From assembly GCA_965230275.1 (NCBI GenBank), contig CBDDKO010000002.1, forward strand, positions 1,541,294-1,605,293: DNA of 64,000 nucleotides, written 5' to 3'. A program made the translations under genes and the position numbers. The number at the start of each line of letters is the position of its first letter. The first letter of the stretch is position 1. This stretch comes from Phycisphaeraceae bacterium. GTDB taxonomy: Bacteria > Planctomycetota > Phycisphaerae > Phycisphaerales > Phycisphaeraceae. The notes below the pieces were generated by a model that did not search any database, was not told the DNA's origin, and worked only from the letters and a program-made list of their open reading frames with translations. Of the stretch, positions 35,073-44,649 are shown piece by piece.

Positions 35073-36077
35073 ATGTCCACCGTACGCGACATTGCGAAGC
35101 AGACCGGCGTCTCCATCGCCACCGTCTCACGCGTTCTGAACAATCACCCCTCGGTGAGTGACGAACTGCGTAGCCGTGTCATGGAAGCAGCCAACAGTCG
35201 GCGGTATGTGTCGAGTGTGGGCAAGCGTGAGACGGCGAACATCGCTTACGTCTACACCGGCGACGTGTCGCTAGGCTCGCCGTTCGATTCCGCGGTGATG
35301 GAAGGGCTGTACCGGGCGCTGTCGGACACGAACCTGAATCTGATGGTGCTGGACCTGCGTCGCACGCGACGTAACGGCGAAGACTACTCGCAGATGTTCC
35401 AGCGACTGGGTGTCCGCGGTGCCGTACTCCGCACAACCCATGGCACACGCGCGACCTGCTCGAACATCCTTGAGCAAAACTTCCCCGCCATCGTGGTGGG
35501 CGATCGTTTGCCGGAACACGACGCGTCGTGCGTGCATTGCGAGTCTGGCTCGGCCAGCCGAGAAGCCGTTGAGCACCTGATCTCGTTGGGTCACCGCCGG
35601 ATCGCGATCAGCATCAACATCATCGAAGACTCGGACCATCAGGACCGCCTGGAAGGGTACCGCGAAGCGCATCGTGATCACGGGCTGGAAGTAGACGAGA
35701 AGCTTGTGATGCGTGCCCCGGGCAACCGTCAGGGCGGATCGCAGCTGATGCGTCGGATCGTCACGGCGGTGGATCGGCCGACCGCGATTTATATCACCGA
35801 CCCGATGGCGGCGGTCGGCGCGATGTATGAAGCTCAGAAGATGGGCCTGAGTATCCCCGAGGACATGTCGATCATCGGTTTCGATGACGCGGAGCTGCGT
35901 CACACCGTGCTGCCGACGATGACCTCGGTTTGCCAGGACGCAACGGGCCTGGGTCGTGAAGCGTTCAAGGCCCTGTCCGAACTGATCAAGGACAAGTCCC
36001 CGAAAGAAAATATCCCCCCGGCCGCGTGGCTGGAGGTTCACGAATCCACCGGCCCGGTTGGTACGAATCATCTGTAG
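35073..36077 (+). CDS. LacI-family transcriptional regulator (paralogue of 32139..33200)
   Basis: MSTVRDIAKQTGVSIATVSRVLNN HTH. It is collinear with the first LacI (e.g. HLISLGHRRI, LEGYR.A, IIGFDD, TSVCQDA). Confidence 0.9.
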   Translation: MSTVRDIAKQTGVSIATVSRVLNNHPSVSDELRSRVMEAANSRRYVSSVGKRETANIAYVYTGDVSLGSPFDSAVMEGLYRALSDTNLNLMVLDLRRTRRNGEDYSQMFQRLGVRGAVLRTTHGTRATCSNILEQNFPAIVVGDRLPEHDASCVHCESGSASREAVEHLISLGHRRIAISINIIEDSDHQDRLEGYREAHRDHGLEVDEKLVMRAPGNRQGGSQLMRRIVTAVDRPTAIYITDPMAAVGAMYEAQKMGLSIPEDMSIIGFDDAELRHTVLPTMTSVCQDATGLGREAFKALSELIKDKSPKENIPPAAWLEVHESTGPVGTNHL

Positions 36078-36160
36078 CGGGCGGGTGCCCGAATCATTTG
36101 TTTTGCGTCGTTTAATGTCACGCCCCGTGTGGGGCACTGTTTGGAGGAAAAGGAGATCTC

Positions 36161-36847
36161 ATGATGGATGCAAAGATGGTAGTTCGTAGTTTGGCAGCCG
36201 CGGGTCTGGCCCTCGGCATGATGGCGGGATCGGCCTCGGCCGCGACCGTCGAAGTTGGTCAGTCCGGCGCCGGGTGGTTGGGCTTCATGAACGTGTCAAA
36301 CTTGCCGGCCGATGGCGGCGCGTTCCAGTTCGGTGGCGGTTGGGGCGTACCCGACCTGGTCACCACATTCGATGATGGTGCCAACACCATGACACTGGCG
36401 CCAAACAACATCGGCGACCCCGATCCGTACTGGTACATCGGCGGCGGCGGCCCCGGCCAAGCCGGTAACAAGATCATGGAAGCCAACACGTTCATCCAGG
36501 TCGATGACGATTCGCTCGCAGGCGTGACCGTAACCTTCGAAGGCACCATCCTCTCGGACACCACCACGGCCGCGCACGAGGCGTTCATCTTCATCCGTGA
36601 CTTCGCCCCGGACTTCTCGTCCTTCACCGAGACCAAGGTCCCCGCCGCGGTCGGCCCGTTCAGCATCGACCTGGCCACCGATCCCGGTCTTGGTCGGCAC
36701 GTGCAGTACGGCTTCCAGTTCGTGGGTGAAAATGTCTGGGCCGGTGATGAAGGCCCATTCGGCACCGTCGTGATCGGCACCGTTCCGGAACCCGCCTCGA
36801 TGGCTCTGCTGGGTCTTGGCGGCCTGGCCATGCTCCGTCGTCGCTAA
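36161..36847 (+). CDS. PEP-CTERM-anchored secreted protein (function unknown)
   Basis: A GGAGGAAAAGGAG RBS lies upstream. It has a signal peptide (AAAGLALGMMAGSASA) and a C-terminal VPEPASMALLGLGGLAMLRRR, i.e. a PEP motif, a TM helix and an Arg cluster. Confidence 0.85.
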   Translation: MMDAKMVVRSLAAAGLALGMMAGSASAATVEVGQSGAGWLGFMNVSNLPADGGAFQFGGGWGVPDLVTTFDDGANTMTLAPNNIGDPDPYWYIGGGGPGQAGNKIMEANTFIQVDDDSLAGVTVTFEGTILSDTTTAAHEAFIFIRDFAPDFSSFTETKVPAAVGPFSIDLATDPGLGRHVQYGFQFVGENVWAGDEGPFGTVVIGTVPEPASMALLGLGGLAMLRRR

Positions 36848-36865
36848 GTGATTTGACCGTATGTG

Positions 36866-36897
36866 CCGTCCACCCGCTTGCACGGGCGGGTGGACGG
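36866..36897 (+). terminator. GC-rich hairpin, probable terminator of the PEP-CTERM gene
   Basis: CCGTCCACCCGC (36866-36877) pairs with GCGGGTGGACGG (36886-36897) across an 8-nt loop, followed by GTTTGAAAAAA. The U-tract is weak. Confidence 0.5.
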
Positions 36898-37000
36898 GTT
36901 TGAAAAAACATGTCACGGCGTTCGTGACAGGGAAATGCTTGTTTGATTCAGACCGGGCCAAAAAATACACGCCCAAAACCATGTATGGAGGAATGAGATC

Positions 37001-37936
37001 ATGTTTAGCACGAAGAGCCTAGTTTCGATGTTAGCCGTTGGCGGCCTGATGATTGCCGGCAGCACCGCAAGCGCCGCGGTTGTCGCCGTTGGCGGTGACG
37101 GTGGTAGTGGTATCCACGGTAAGATGGTCCCCGGCGACCGGACGGTCTCGGGTAACCTGGATAAGTTCGAATTCGATGGCCCGTTCGCCGGCGTCGGCGT
37201 CTCCACCGACAACCCCGCGAACGTCTACGGCCTGCTCGACAAGAACGGCGGGACGTCCAACGGTGGCATGGGCTGGACCCACCACGTTGACTTCGCTGAC
37301 ATCACCGCTGTCCAGGCCGCCGTCGATGGCATGGCTCTGCGTGTCAGCGCTTGGATCCTGTCAGATCCTGCACGCCCCTGGGTGACTCAGCAGGTCGAAG
37401 GCTTCAAGATCGAGTTCTACGACAACACCGTCGGCCTGGGTGCTGGCGAGCTCAACGCTCCGGGCTTCGTCAACGACACCGAGAACGGTTTCGGCCTCGG
37501 CCTGACGTCCGTCACCACCGGCCTGACCGATGGCGTCTGGACGCAGGTCAGCTTCACCACCCAGATCACCGACGCCACGGTCGGCTTCGCCACCCTGCAG
37601 GAAGTCCGCCCCGTGTACTTCTCCGGTGACTGGACCGGTACCGACACCGACGGCCGTTTGGTGATCGACAACTGGGCCCTGGAAGTCTTCCCGGACCTCG
37701 CCACCGCCAACGCCACCTCGATCCCGACCAGTGCGCCGAGCCCCGGTGGGTATGACCAGACCGACCTTTCAGGCGACCTCAACGGCGACCTGTTCGTCGG
37801 CCTCGATGACCTGGACGTCATCCTGAACACCTGGAACAACGGCCTGCCGCCGTCTCCCAGCGCCCCGAGCATCCCTGAACCCGCCAGCCTCGCGCTGCTG
37901 GGCCTGGGCAGCCTCGCGGCTCTGCGTCGCCGTTAA
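37001..37936 (+). CDS. PEP-CTERM-anchored secreted protein with one dockerin-like EF-hand repeat
   Basis: A GGAGG RBS lies upstream and a signal peptide is present. DLSGDLNGDLFVGLDDLDVILNTWNNG is the dockerin-like repeat. The C-terminus is IPEPASLALLGLGSLAALRRR. Confidence 0.85.
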   Translation: MFSTKSLVSMLAVGGLMIAGSTASAAVVAVGGDGGSGIHGKMVPGDRTVSGNLDKFEFDGPFAGVGVSTDNPANVYGLLDKNGGTSNGGMGWTHHVDFADITAVQAAVDGMALRVSAWILSDPARPWVTQQVEGFKIEFYDNTVGLGAGELNAPGFVNDTENGFGLGLTSVTTGLTDGVWTQVSFTTQITDATVGFATLQEVRPVYFSGDWTGTDTDGRLVIDNWALEVFPDLATANATSIPTSAPSPGGYDQTDLSGDLNGDLFVGLDDLDVILNTWNNGLPPSPSAPSIPEPASLALLGLGSLAALRRR

Positions 37937-38038
37937 GTCAGGCGCCTGACTTGAAGTAGCCGCTCGGTGCCGAATGGGGTAACGGCCAGGAAGCACCGAG
38001 CCTAGAATTGAACGTTTGTCTTTCGTTACGAACACTGG

Positions 38039-38068
38039 CCGGTTGCCCGCTTAACGGCGGGCGACCGG
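38039..38068 (+). terminator. GC-rich hairpin, probable terminator (related in sequence to 36866-36897)
   Basis: CCGGTTGCCCGC pairs with GCGGGCGACCGG (one G-U wobble) across a 6-nt loop, followed by ATTGAAAAG. The U-tract is weak. Confidence 0.4.
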
Positions 38069-38142
38069 ATTGAAAAGAAGGTCAGCGGGATGTTCCCGGG
38101 TAGTGCAGATACACCATCGGACTCTATGAAGGAGCCTTGGCA

Positions 38143-39006
38143 ATGAGCGTCAAACGAAACGGATTCACACTAATCGAACTGCTGGTGGTCATCTCGATCA
38201 TCGCCCTGCTGGTCGGCATCCTCCTGCCTGCCCTCGGTGCCGCCCGTAAGGCCGCGCTGGACATTCAGTGCAAAAACCAGTTGCGTCAGTTCGGCATCGC
38301 GTTCATGGCGTTCGCGACCGACAACCGCGACCACCTGCCTAAAAACGACGGCAGACAACTCGCTTCGTGGGAGTCGCCTGATAGGCAGACCTGGCTGTTG
38401 GATACAAGCACAGGTTCCCCACCGTTCAGCTCTGAAACCGACCAGACCTGGGTGGACGCCCCGACCAAGGGATCGATATTCCCCTACGTCGGTGAGACCG
38501 AGGACCTGTATCTCTGCCCGGCCTTGGAACCAGATGAGTGGAATGGCGGCAACGGCGGCAATGGCAAGTATGATTACTCCACCTTCACCGCTTGGAACGG
38601 GGCACAACTCGACACGATCCGCGGACAGAGTTACTTCAGACGCAATGTCTTCTCCGAGAAGATCGATTCGATCACCCCGATTCTGATTGAAGAGGACCCG
38701 GCCGAGTCGATGAACAACGGCGGCTGGATGGACTCCAAGCATGCCTGGCGCGATTCGATGGGGCGATGGCACAACGGCGAGAAAGGCAACTACACGGCGA
38801 TCGACGGCAGCACCGCTTCGTTCGAGGGCGATGGCGAGGAAGACAAAATCCAGGCCATCCGCTGGTTCTCCGTAGCCGCTACGGGCCAGGAGAGGTCCCT
38901 GGGCAACGCTCAGATGATCAGCACCGGCAAGGCCGCCACCCGTCCGAATGGTGTTATTGGCAATCCCTTGGAATATGCCTCGGGCGAATGGGGTAGAAGC
39001 AACTAA
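38143..39006 (+). CDS. Prepilin-type N-terminal cleavage/methylation domain protein, H-X9-DG (DUF1559) family
   Basis: [38 protein letters not shown] is a type IV pilin-like leader with the G|FTLIE processing site. The C-terminus has [16 protein letters not shown] (H-x10-DG). ATG 38143 follows a GAAGGAG RBS. Confidence 0.88.
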   Translation: MSVKRNGFTLIELLVVISIIALLVGILLPALGAARKAALDIQCKNQLRQFGIAFMAFATDNRDHLPKNDGRQLASWESPDRQTWLLDTSTGSPPFSSETDQTWVDAPTKGSIFPYVGETEDLYLCPALEPDEWNGGNGGNGKYDYSTFTAWNGAQLDTIRGQSYFRRNVFSEKIDSITPILIEEDPAESMNNGGWMDSKHAWRDSMGRWHNGEKGNYTAIDGSTASFEGDGEEDKIQAIRWFSVAATGQERSLGNAQMISTGKAATRPNGVIGNPLEYASGEWGRSN

Positions 39007-39064
39007 ATCGCAACCCGGTTCTTCTACCGGGGATGCTTTGTTCGTACCAAAGATGGACTGATTC

Positions 39065-40630
39065 ATGAGCAACCGTGGCATGGGACATTTTGTGATTGGT
39101 AGCGTCGCGGTATTCCTTTCCGCCGCCACACCGGCCGGGGTGTACGCCCAGGCCCTCTCCGGCTGGGACACCATTTGGACGGATGAGTTCGACGGCACGA
39201 GCGTCAACACCAGCCGCTGGGAGGTCGCTTACCGTCGAGACAGTCCGAACAACGAGTTGCAACACTACCTGCCCGACCAGGTCACCGTGAGCGGCGGGCA
39301 GCTACAAATCACCGCGACCGATCAGTGGTTCGACGGCAAGCCGTATCGCTCGGGGCTGGTACGTACCTGGCAGGAGCACCGCTTCGGGCGGTGGGAGGTC
39401 AGGGCCGACCTGCCTTGGGGCAAGGGGATGTGGCCGGCGATCTGGCTGCTGCCGCGCAACGCCGATTGGCCGGTGGGTGGTGAGATCGACATCATGGAGA
39501 ACATCGGCAGCAACCCGTACTTTGTGAAGGGGTCGTATCACTACAACTGGAACCCGGGCACGCCGATCACGAACAACGGCGATTACATCACCGGTGAGGA
39601 CTTCGCCGCAGGGATGCACACCTACGCCGTCGAATGGAGCCCGGAGCAGCTTCGGTTCTACGTCGATGACAACCTGTACCACACCGTTTACAACCCGATC
39701 CAGCCCGACCCTAAACCGATGAGCCTGATTATCAACCTGGCGGTCGGCGGGGACTGGCCCGGATCGCCGGACCACACGACCGTCTTCCCGCAGACCTTAG
39801 ACATCGATTACGCTCGGTACTGGACACGGGATGAAGAGGAGTTGATCAACCCCGAGTTCGACCGTTCAGGCACCAGCCTCAACGGCTGGTCCACCTTCGG
39901 CAATGACATCGGCAACGTCAGCGCGCAGAGCGAAGCCTCATACACCGGTTCGCATTCCCTGAAGCTGTTCGGTCAGTACAGCGGCTCGGATAATACCAGC
40001 GGCGCGACCCAGGGGATCACGGTCACGGAGGGCCAGGATGTCGTGCTGGATGCTCGCTCGTATATCCGCAGCCTGGACTCGATCGCCGGGACGGACAACG
40101 AAGTGAGTATGAAGCTGGAGTTTTACAGCAGCTTCGGCGCGGCGTACGGCAGTGCGGACTTCCTCGGTGAGACGACACTGACGATCGCCGACGGGACCAC
40201 GGCCGAGAACGCCTGGATACAGCATCAGATCACGGACGTCGTGCCCCTGGGTGCGGTTGAGGCAAGAGCGGCGTTTGTGTTCCACCAGTCCGGATCCATG
40301 GGCGGGTCGGTGTACGTCGACAATGTGTCACTGGTCGCCACCACCCCCATCATCCCCGGCGATATCAACGGTGACGGCTTCGTCGGGCTGCTGGACCTGG
40401 ACCTGATCCTGGGCACCTGGAACGCCACGATCGATCCCAGCGCCGCGGTCGACCTGAACAACGACGGCTTCGTCGGGCTGGACGACCTGGATATTGTCCT
40501 GACCAACTGGAATGCCGGAACGCCGCCGAGCGGCTTGTCGAACATCCCGGAGCCTTCCAGTGTATTTGCGATAGCCCTAGCGGCCCCCATGCTGTTGAGA
40601 CGTTCTCGTGCATTAGCGCATAGAGCGTGA
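39065..40630 (+). CDS. GH16 beta-glucanase (laminarinase-like) + CBM4/9-like domain + two dockerin-like repeats + PEP-CTERM anchor
   Basis: Signal peptide present. WPVGGEIDIMENIG carries the GH16 E-x-D-x-x-E catalytic motif. NPEFDRSG...SLKLFGQ...VYVDNVSLV is a CBM-like beta-sandwich. GDINGDGFVGLLDLDLILGTWNA and DLNNDGFVGLDDLDIVLTNWNAG are the dockerin-like repeats. The C-terminus is IPEPSSVFAIALAAPMLLRRSR. Confidence 0.9.
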   Translation: MSNRGMGHFVIGSVAVFLSAATPAGVYAQALSGWDTIWTDEFDGTSVNTSRWEVAYRRDSPNNELQHYLPDQVTVSGGQLQITATDQWFDGKPYRSGLVRTWQEHRFGRWEVRADLPWGKGMWPAIWLLPRNADWPVGGEIDIMENIGSNPYFVKGSYHYNWNPGTPITNNGDYITGEDFAAGMHTYAVEWSPEQLRFYVDDNLYHTVYNPIQPDPKPMSLIINLAVGGDWPGSPDHTTVFPQTLDIDYARYWTRDEEELINPEFDRSGTSLNGWSTFGNDIGNVSAQSEASYTGSHSLKLFGQYSGSDNTSGATQGITVTEGQDVVLDARSYIRSLDSIAGTDNEVSMKLEFYSSFGAAYGSADFLGETTLTIADGTTAENAWIQHQITDVVPLGAVEARAAFVFHQSGSMGGSVYVDNVSLVATTPIIPGDINGDGFVGLLDLDLILGTWNATIDPSAAVDLNNDGFVGLDDLDIVLTNWNAGTPPSGLSNIPEPSSVFAIALAAPMLLRRSRALAHRA

Positions 40631-40684
40631 TAACCACCCGTGGATCGTGATGATCCAGCGGCGGAACATAATGAAAGACGTAAC

Positions 40685-42295
40685 ATGACCTTACTCAGGC
40701 CCAGGTTGTCGGTTGTTGCAGTGCTGAGTTGTCTTGTCACGATCGGTTTTGCAGATGTTTTGCGGGCGCAGGTACCCGATCTGCCCGGGTGGGACCTGGT
40801 CATGAACGACGAGTTCGACGGCACGTCCTTGAACACTTCTCTCTGGACGGCGCTGGACCGCAGAGACAGCTTCAACAACGAACTGCAGTATTACCACCCC
40901 AACCAGGTCGCCGTCACGGGCGGGAACCTGGAGCTGACAGCGATCGATGTGCCACGGCAAGGCAAGGCGTATCAGTCCGGTTTGATCACGTCGAACGCGT
41001 TGTACGGCCCCGGCCGGTTCGAGGCACGGATCTGGTTGCCGACGTCGCAGGGCATGTGGCCGGCGTTTTGGCTCAATGCCAACAACACCCAGTGGCCCAC
41101 GGCCGGCGAAATCGACATCATGGAGAACCGCGGCAGCCAGCCGCTACTCACCAGCAGTGCCTACCACTGGCAGACCGACCCGAACCAGCCTTGCTGCGGC
41201 GGGCACCAGTATGTCTACGACGAGTACACCGCCACCGAGAACGGCCAGCCCGTCAACTTCCACGCCGGCTTCCACACGTATGCCATGGAATGGGAGGAGA
41301 CGCAGCTGCGTTTCTATGTCGATGGCAACCTGCACTACACGGTTAACGAGAACGCGAGCCGGCCGATCTTCGAGACACCGAAGAATATCATCCTGAACGT
41401 GGCGGTCGGCGGCACGTTCGGCGGAGACCCTGATGGCACCACCATCTGGCCTCAAACGATGCAGGTGGACTACGTCCGCTACTGGCAAGCCAGCGGCGGC
41501 CCCGACCCGGACCCGGTACCGACCGAACTATCTAATCCGAGTTTCGAGGATAGCGGCGGCTCACTCGATGCCTGGACCACCTACGGGAACAGCATCGGCA
41601 ACGTCAGCGCCCAGTCCGAGGTCTCGCTCGATGGCCACGCTCTGAAGATGTACGGCCAATTCAATAGCCCCGGAAACTTCTCCGGGGCGTATCAGGGTAT
41701 CGCGGTGGAAGCCGGCGACAGTGTCACCGCCGACGCGAGCGCGTATATCCGCAGCCAGGACACGCTGTTCGGCAAGAGCAATGAAGTCTTCATGAAGTTG
41801 AACTACTTCAGCGAGTTCGGTGCGGCGCTCGGTTCGGCCGAGGACCTGGGTGGCACCTCGATCATGATCGCCGACGGCAGCACCGTTGAGGACACCTGGC
41901 TGGCGCATCAGCTCACCGACATAGCCCCCGTCGGGGCCGAGGAGGTCCGGCTGTTCTTCGAGTTCCATCAACCCGGCAACGACAACGGCGCGATCCATAT
42001 CGACGCGGTTTCGCTGGACGTTTCGACGATCACGCTGCTTGGCGACATCAATGGGGACGGGTTTGTCGGCCTGCTGGACCTGGACCTGATCCTGGGCACG
42101 TGGAACGCGACCATCACCCCCGGCGCGGCAGTCGACTTGGACGGCGACGGCTTCGTCGGGCTCGGTGATCTGGACATCGTGCTAAACAACTGGAACAGCG
42201 GTACATCACCTCCGGGGAGCGCCCAGATACCGGAGCCCGCGACGCTGACGCTGCTTGGAGCGAGCGGTGTGTTATGGCTTAAACGGCGGGCATGA
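40685..42295 (+). CDS. GH16 beta-glucanase paralogue + CBM4/9-like domain + dockerin-like repeats + PEP-CTERM anchor
   Basis: Internal ATG 40685 gives MTLLRPRLSVVAVLSCLVTIGFA. The catalytic motif is WPTAGEIDIMENRG. The domain order matches 39065..40630, including the near-identical segment GDINGDGFVGLLDLDLILGTWNATI, and it ends IPEPATLTLLGASGVLWLKRRA. Confidence 0.9.
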   Translation: MTLLRPRLSVVAVLSCLVTIGFADVLRAQVPDLPGWDLVMNDEFDGTSLNTSLWTALDRRDSFNNELQYYHPNQVAVTGGNLELTAIDVPRQGKAYQSGLITSNALYGPGRFEARIWLPTSQGMWPAFWLNANNTQWPTAGEIDIMENRGSQPLLTSSAYHWQTDPNQPCCGGHQYVYDEYTATENGQPVNFHAGFHTYAMEWEETQLRFYVDGNLHYTVNENASRPIFETPKNIILNVAVGGTFGGDPDGTTIWPQTMQVDYVRYWQASGGPDPDPVPTELSNPSFEDSGGSLDAWTTYGNSIGNVSAQSEVSLDGHALKMYGQFNSPGNFSGAYQGIAVEAGDSVTADASAYIRSQDTLFGKSNEVFMKLNYFSEFGAALGSAEDLGGTSIMIADGSTVEDTWLAHQLTDIAPVGAEEVRLFFEFHQPGNDNGAIHIDAVSLDVSTITLLGDINGDGFVGLLDLDLILGTWNATITPGAAVDLDGDGFVGLGDLDIVLNNWNSGTSPPGSAQIPEPATLTLLGASGVLWLKRRA

Positions 42296-42387
42296 ATCGC
42301 CGACACACGTGAATAGATCCGGTGGTGACTGGTCTTCGGCCGGTCAGACTGCATGGGCGGAAACATGTCGTCAAAGGGATCTGAGTC

Positions 42388-43185
42388 ATGTCTACAAAAC
42401 GTCACGGTTTTACTCTGATTGAACTGCTGGTGGTGATTTCCATCATAGCCCTTCTCGTCGGCATCCTGCTGCCCTCGCTCAGTGCGGCTCGCAAATCGGC
42501 CCAGAGCATGAAGTGCCTGTCAGGCCTGCGGCAGATCGGGCTGGCGATGTGGTCGTACAGCTATGAGAATAAAGATGTCCTGCCACCCTGCTACACACCC
42601 GGACACGACGACGAATATCTGGGATTCACGAAGGCAACGGACTGGGGGGTGGTAGTAAATGCCTACATGGCCGACACCGGGCAAGCCAACTATGACGCAG
42701 ACGGTCACGAAAACAATTCCGAGGTGCTTCTGTGTCCCTCGGGTGAGAAAGAAGGGGGCCGGCTGCACTACAGCGCAAACCGGCTGTTGTTCCCTCTAGA
42801 TGATTTTAAAAAGTCGGACGCCGGATTCCTCCCACTGTACAACACAAACAGTGCCATCCGCACGACTGAAGTGATTATGATTGGCGACGGGCTGCAGCGG
42901 ATTGATACCAGCATAGGGTGGGATGCATATGCTGGGCTGGACTGGACCGATCGCAGGCGGGTAGTCGACAGAGACGATTATTACGAAGCCGACTATGCCC
43001 GTAATGACGAACCGGTGTTCCAGTATGTGAACGTGCCCGGGGACGGTGGTGAGTTTGCGTACCGCCATAGCGGCGGCGAGGGGTCGGTTAACACCGTTTA
43101 TGTTGACGGGCACGCCGGGAACATTAAGAATGGTGAGGTGCTGGTGCGTAACGTCCGTGCCGACCGGCCGCCGGGATTGGAATAG
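42388..43185 (+). CDS. Prepilin-type N-terminal cleavage/methylation domain protein, H-X9-DG (DUF1559) family
   Basis: N-terminus is [39 protein letters not shown]-terminus has [21 protein letters not shown]. Confidence 0.88.
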   Translation: MSTKRHGFTLIELLVVISIIALLVGILLPSLSAARKSAQSMKCLSGLRQIGLAMWSYSYENKDVLPPCYTPGHDDEYLGFTKATDWGVVVNAYMADTGQANYDADGHENNSEVLLCPSGEKEGGRLHYSANRLLFPLDDFKKSDAGFLPLYNTNSAIRTTEVIMIGDGLQRIDTSIGWDAYAGLDWTDRRRVVDRDDYYEADYARNDEPVFQYVNVPGDGGEFAYRHSGGEGSVNTVYVDGHAGNIKNGEVLVRNVRADRPPGLE

Positions 43186-43218
43186 ACACGTCTCGCTAAC
43201 GACAGGATCAGACAATTC

Positions 43219-44562
43219 ATGCATCACATCCTCCCACCGCTGGGCATGGCCTTGATTGGTTTGGCATGCATCGCCGTCATGGTCACGGGTTGTCAACAGG
43301 CGACGTCCGCTGACAAAGAGGCGGGCTGGACGCTTACCTTCAGCGACGAGTTCGACGGCGACGCGGTCGATACCGAGAAGTGGGAGGTGTTGACACGCAA
43401 GGACAGCCACAACGATGAGAAGCAGTATTACCTGCCCGAGATGGCGTCGGTCGTGGACGGGGTGCTGCGTATCACGTCCACCGACGAGCCTTTCGACGGC
43501 AAGGCGTACCGCTCGGCGCGGCTGGAGAGCTGGTTTACCCAGAAGTACGGCCGGTTCGAGGCCCGGGCTAAGGTGCCGACATCCAAGGGCATCTGGCCCG
43601 CGTTCTGGCTGCTGCCGCGCACGGGCAATTGGCCGCACGACGGCGAGATCGACATCATGGAGCACCACGGCTCCAACCCGACGATGGTCAACGCCGCGAT
43701 CCACTTCGCCAACGAAAACGGCAGGCACGACCACGTCTACCGGGAATACCGCGCAAAAGACGACGACGGCAACAGCGTGAGCTTCCCCGACGGCTTCCAC
43801 GTCTACGCCGTCAAGTGGAGCCCACACGAGATCATGTTCTATGTAGACGGCAACGAGTACTACCGCGTCGACCGTGAGCAGGTCCCCATCTCAGATGTCC
43901 CCATGGCGGTGGTGATCAATACCGCGGTCGGCGGGATTTTCGACGGCGACCCGGACGAGACCACCGTCTTCCCCCAGACCTTCGACATCGATTACGTGCG
44001 GGTGTACCAGTACGACGGCGACTACCCCCCGATCCCCAAGCCGGCGACTAAGCCCGCGCTTGTCAACGGTGACTTCCGACAAGGCGGCTTGGGTTGGAGG
44101 CTCTACAGCAACGCCGCGGTCCATTCACACAACCTCGAAGAGAAGCACCAGAGCATCGCCTATGACGGCGAGGGCGACGGGGCGCTCAAGCTGTACGGCC
44201 GGTTCGGCGGCTCACACATCACCGAAGCCACGCAGGAACATATCCTCGCCGAACCGGGCAAGACGTACACGGTCCGTGCAAAGGCGCGGATGAACGCCGA
44301 CGACTCGCTAGCCGAGACACAGAACCGCCTGGAGATGATCCTGCGTTTCATGGATGCCGACGGCGAGCCGATCGAGTACGCCGAGGTACGTAAGATCATC
44401 GTGGATGCCGACACCCCGACCGACGCCTGGCATGAACACGAGCTGAGTCTGACGGCCCCGGCGGATGCGGAGACGTTGGCGGTGAGATTCGTGTTTTATC
44501 AGCACGAAAGGGAATCGGGTGCCGCCTGGATCGACCAGGTCAGCCTGGAGGCGAGTGAGTAA
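43219..44562 (+). CDS. GH16 beta-glucanase paralogue (lipoprotein) + C-terminal CBM4/9-like domain, no dockerin/PEP-CTERM
   Basis: MALIGLACIAVMVTGCQQ provides the lipobox. The GH16 catalytic motif is WPHDGEIDIMEHHG. The C-terminal region is NGDFRQGGLGWRLY...AWIDQVSLE. Confidence 0.9.
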   Translation: MHHILPPLGMALIGLACIAVMVTGCQQATSADKEAGWTLTFSDEFDGDAVDTEKWEVLTRKDSHNDEKQYYLPEMASVVDGVLRITSTDEPFDGKAYRSARLESWFTQKYGRFEARAKVPTSKGIWPAFWLLPRTGNWPHDGEIDIMEHHGSNPTMVNAAIHFANENGRHDHVYREYRAKDDDGNSVSFPDGFHVYAVKWSPHEIMFYVDGNEYYRVDREQVPISDVPMAVVINTAVGGIFDGDPDETTVFPQTFDIDYVRVYQYDGDYPPIPKPATKPALVNGDFRQGGLGWRLYSNAAVHSHNLEEKHQSIAYDGEGDGALKLYGRFGGSHITEATQEHILAEPGKTYTVRAKARMNADDSLAETQNRLEMILRFMDADGEPIEYAEVRKIIVDADTPTDAWHEHELSLTAPADAETLAVRFVFYQHERESGAAWIDQVSLEASE

Positions 44563-44649
44563 CGCAAGATCAATCGTCTTGCATGACCTTCTCCGGCGTG
44601 GGCTTCCGAAAGTGAGTTATCAATATTTCGGAGCGCTCACAAGAAGCGC

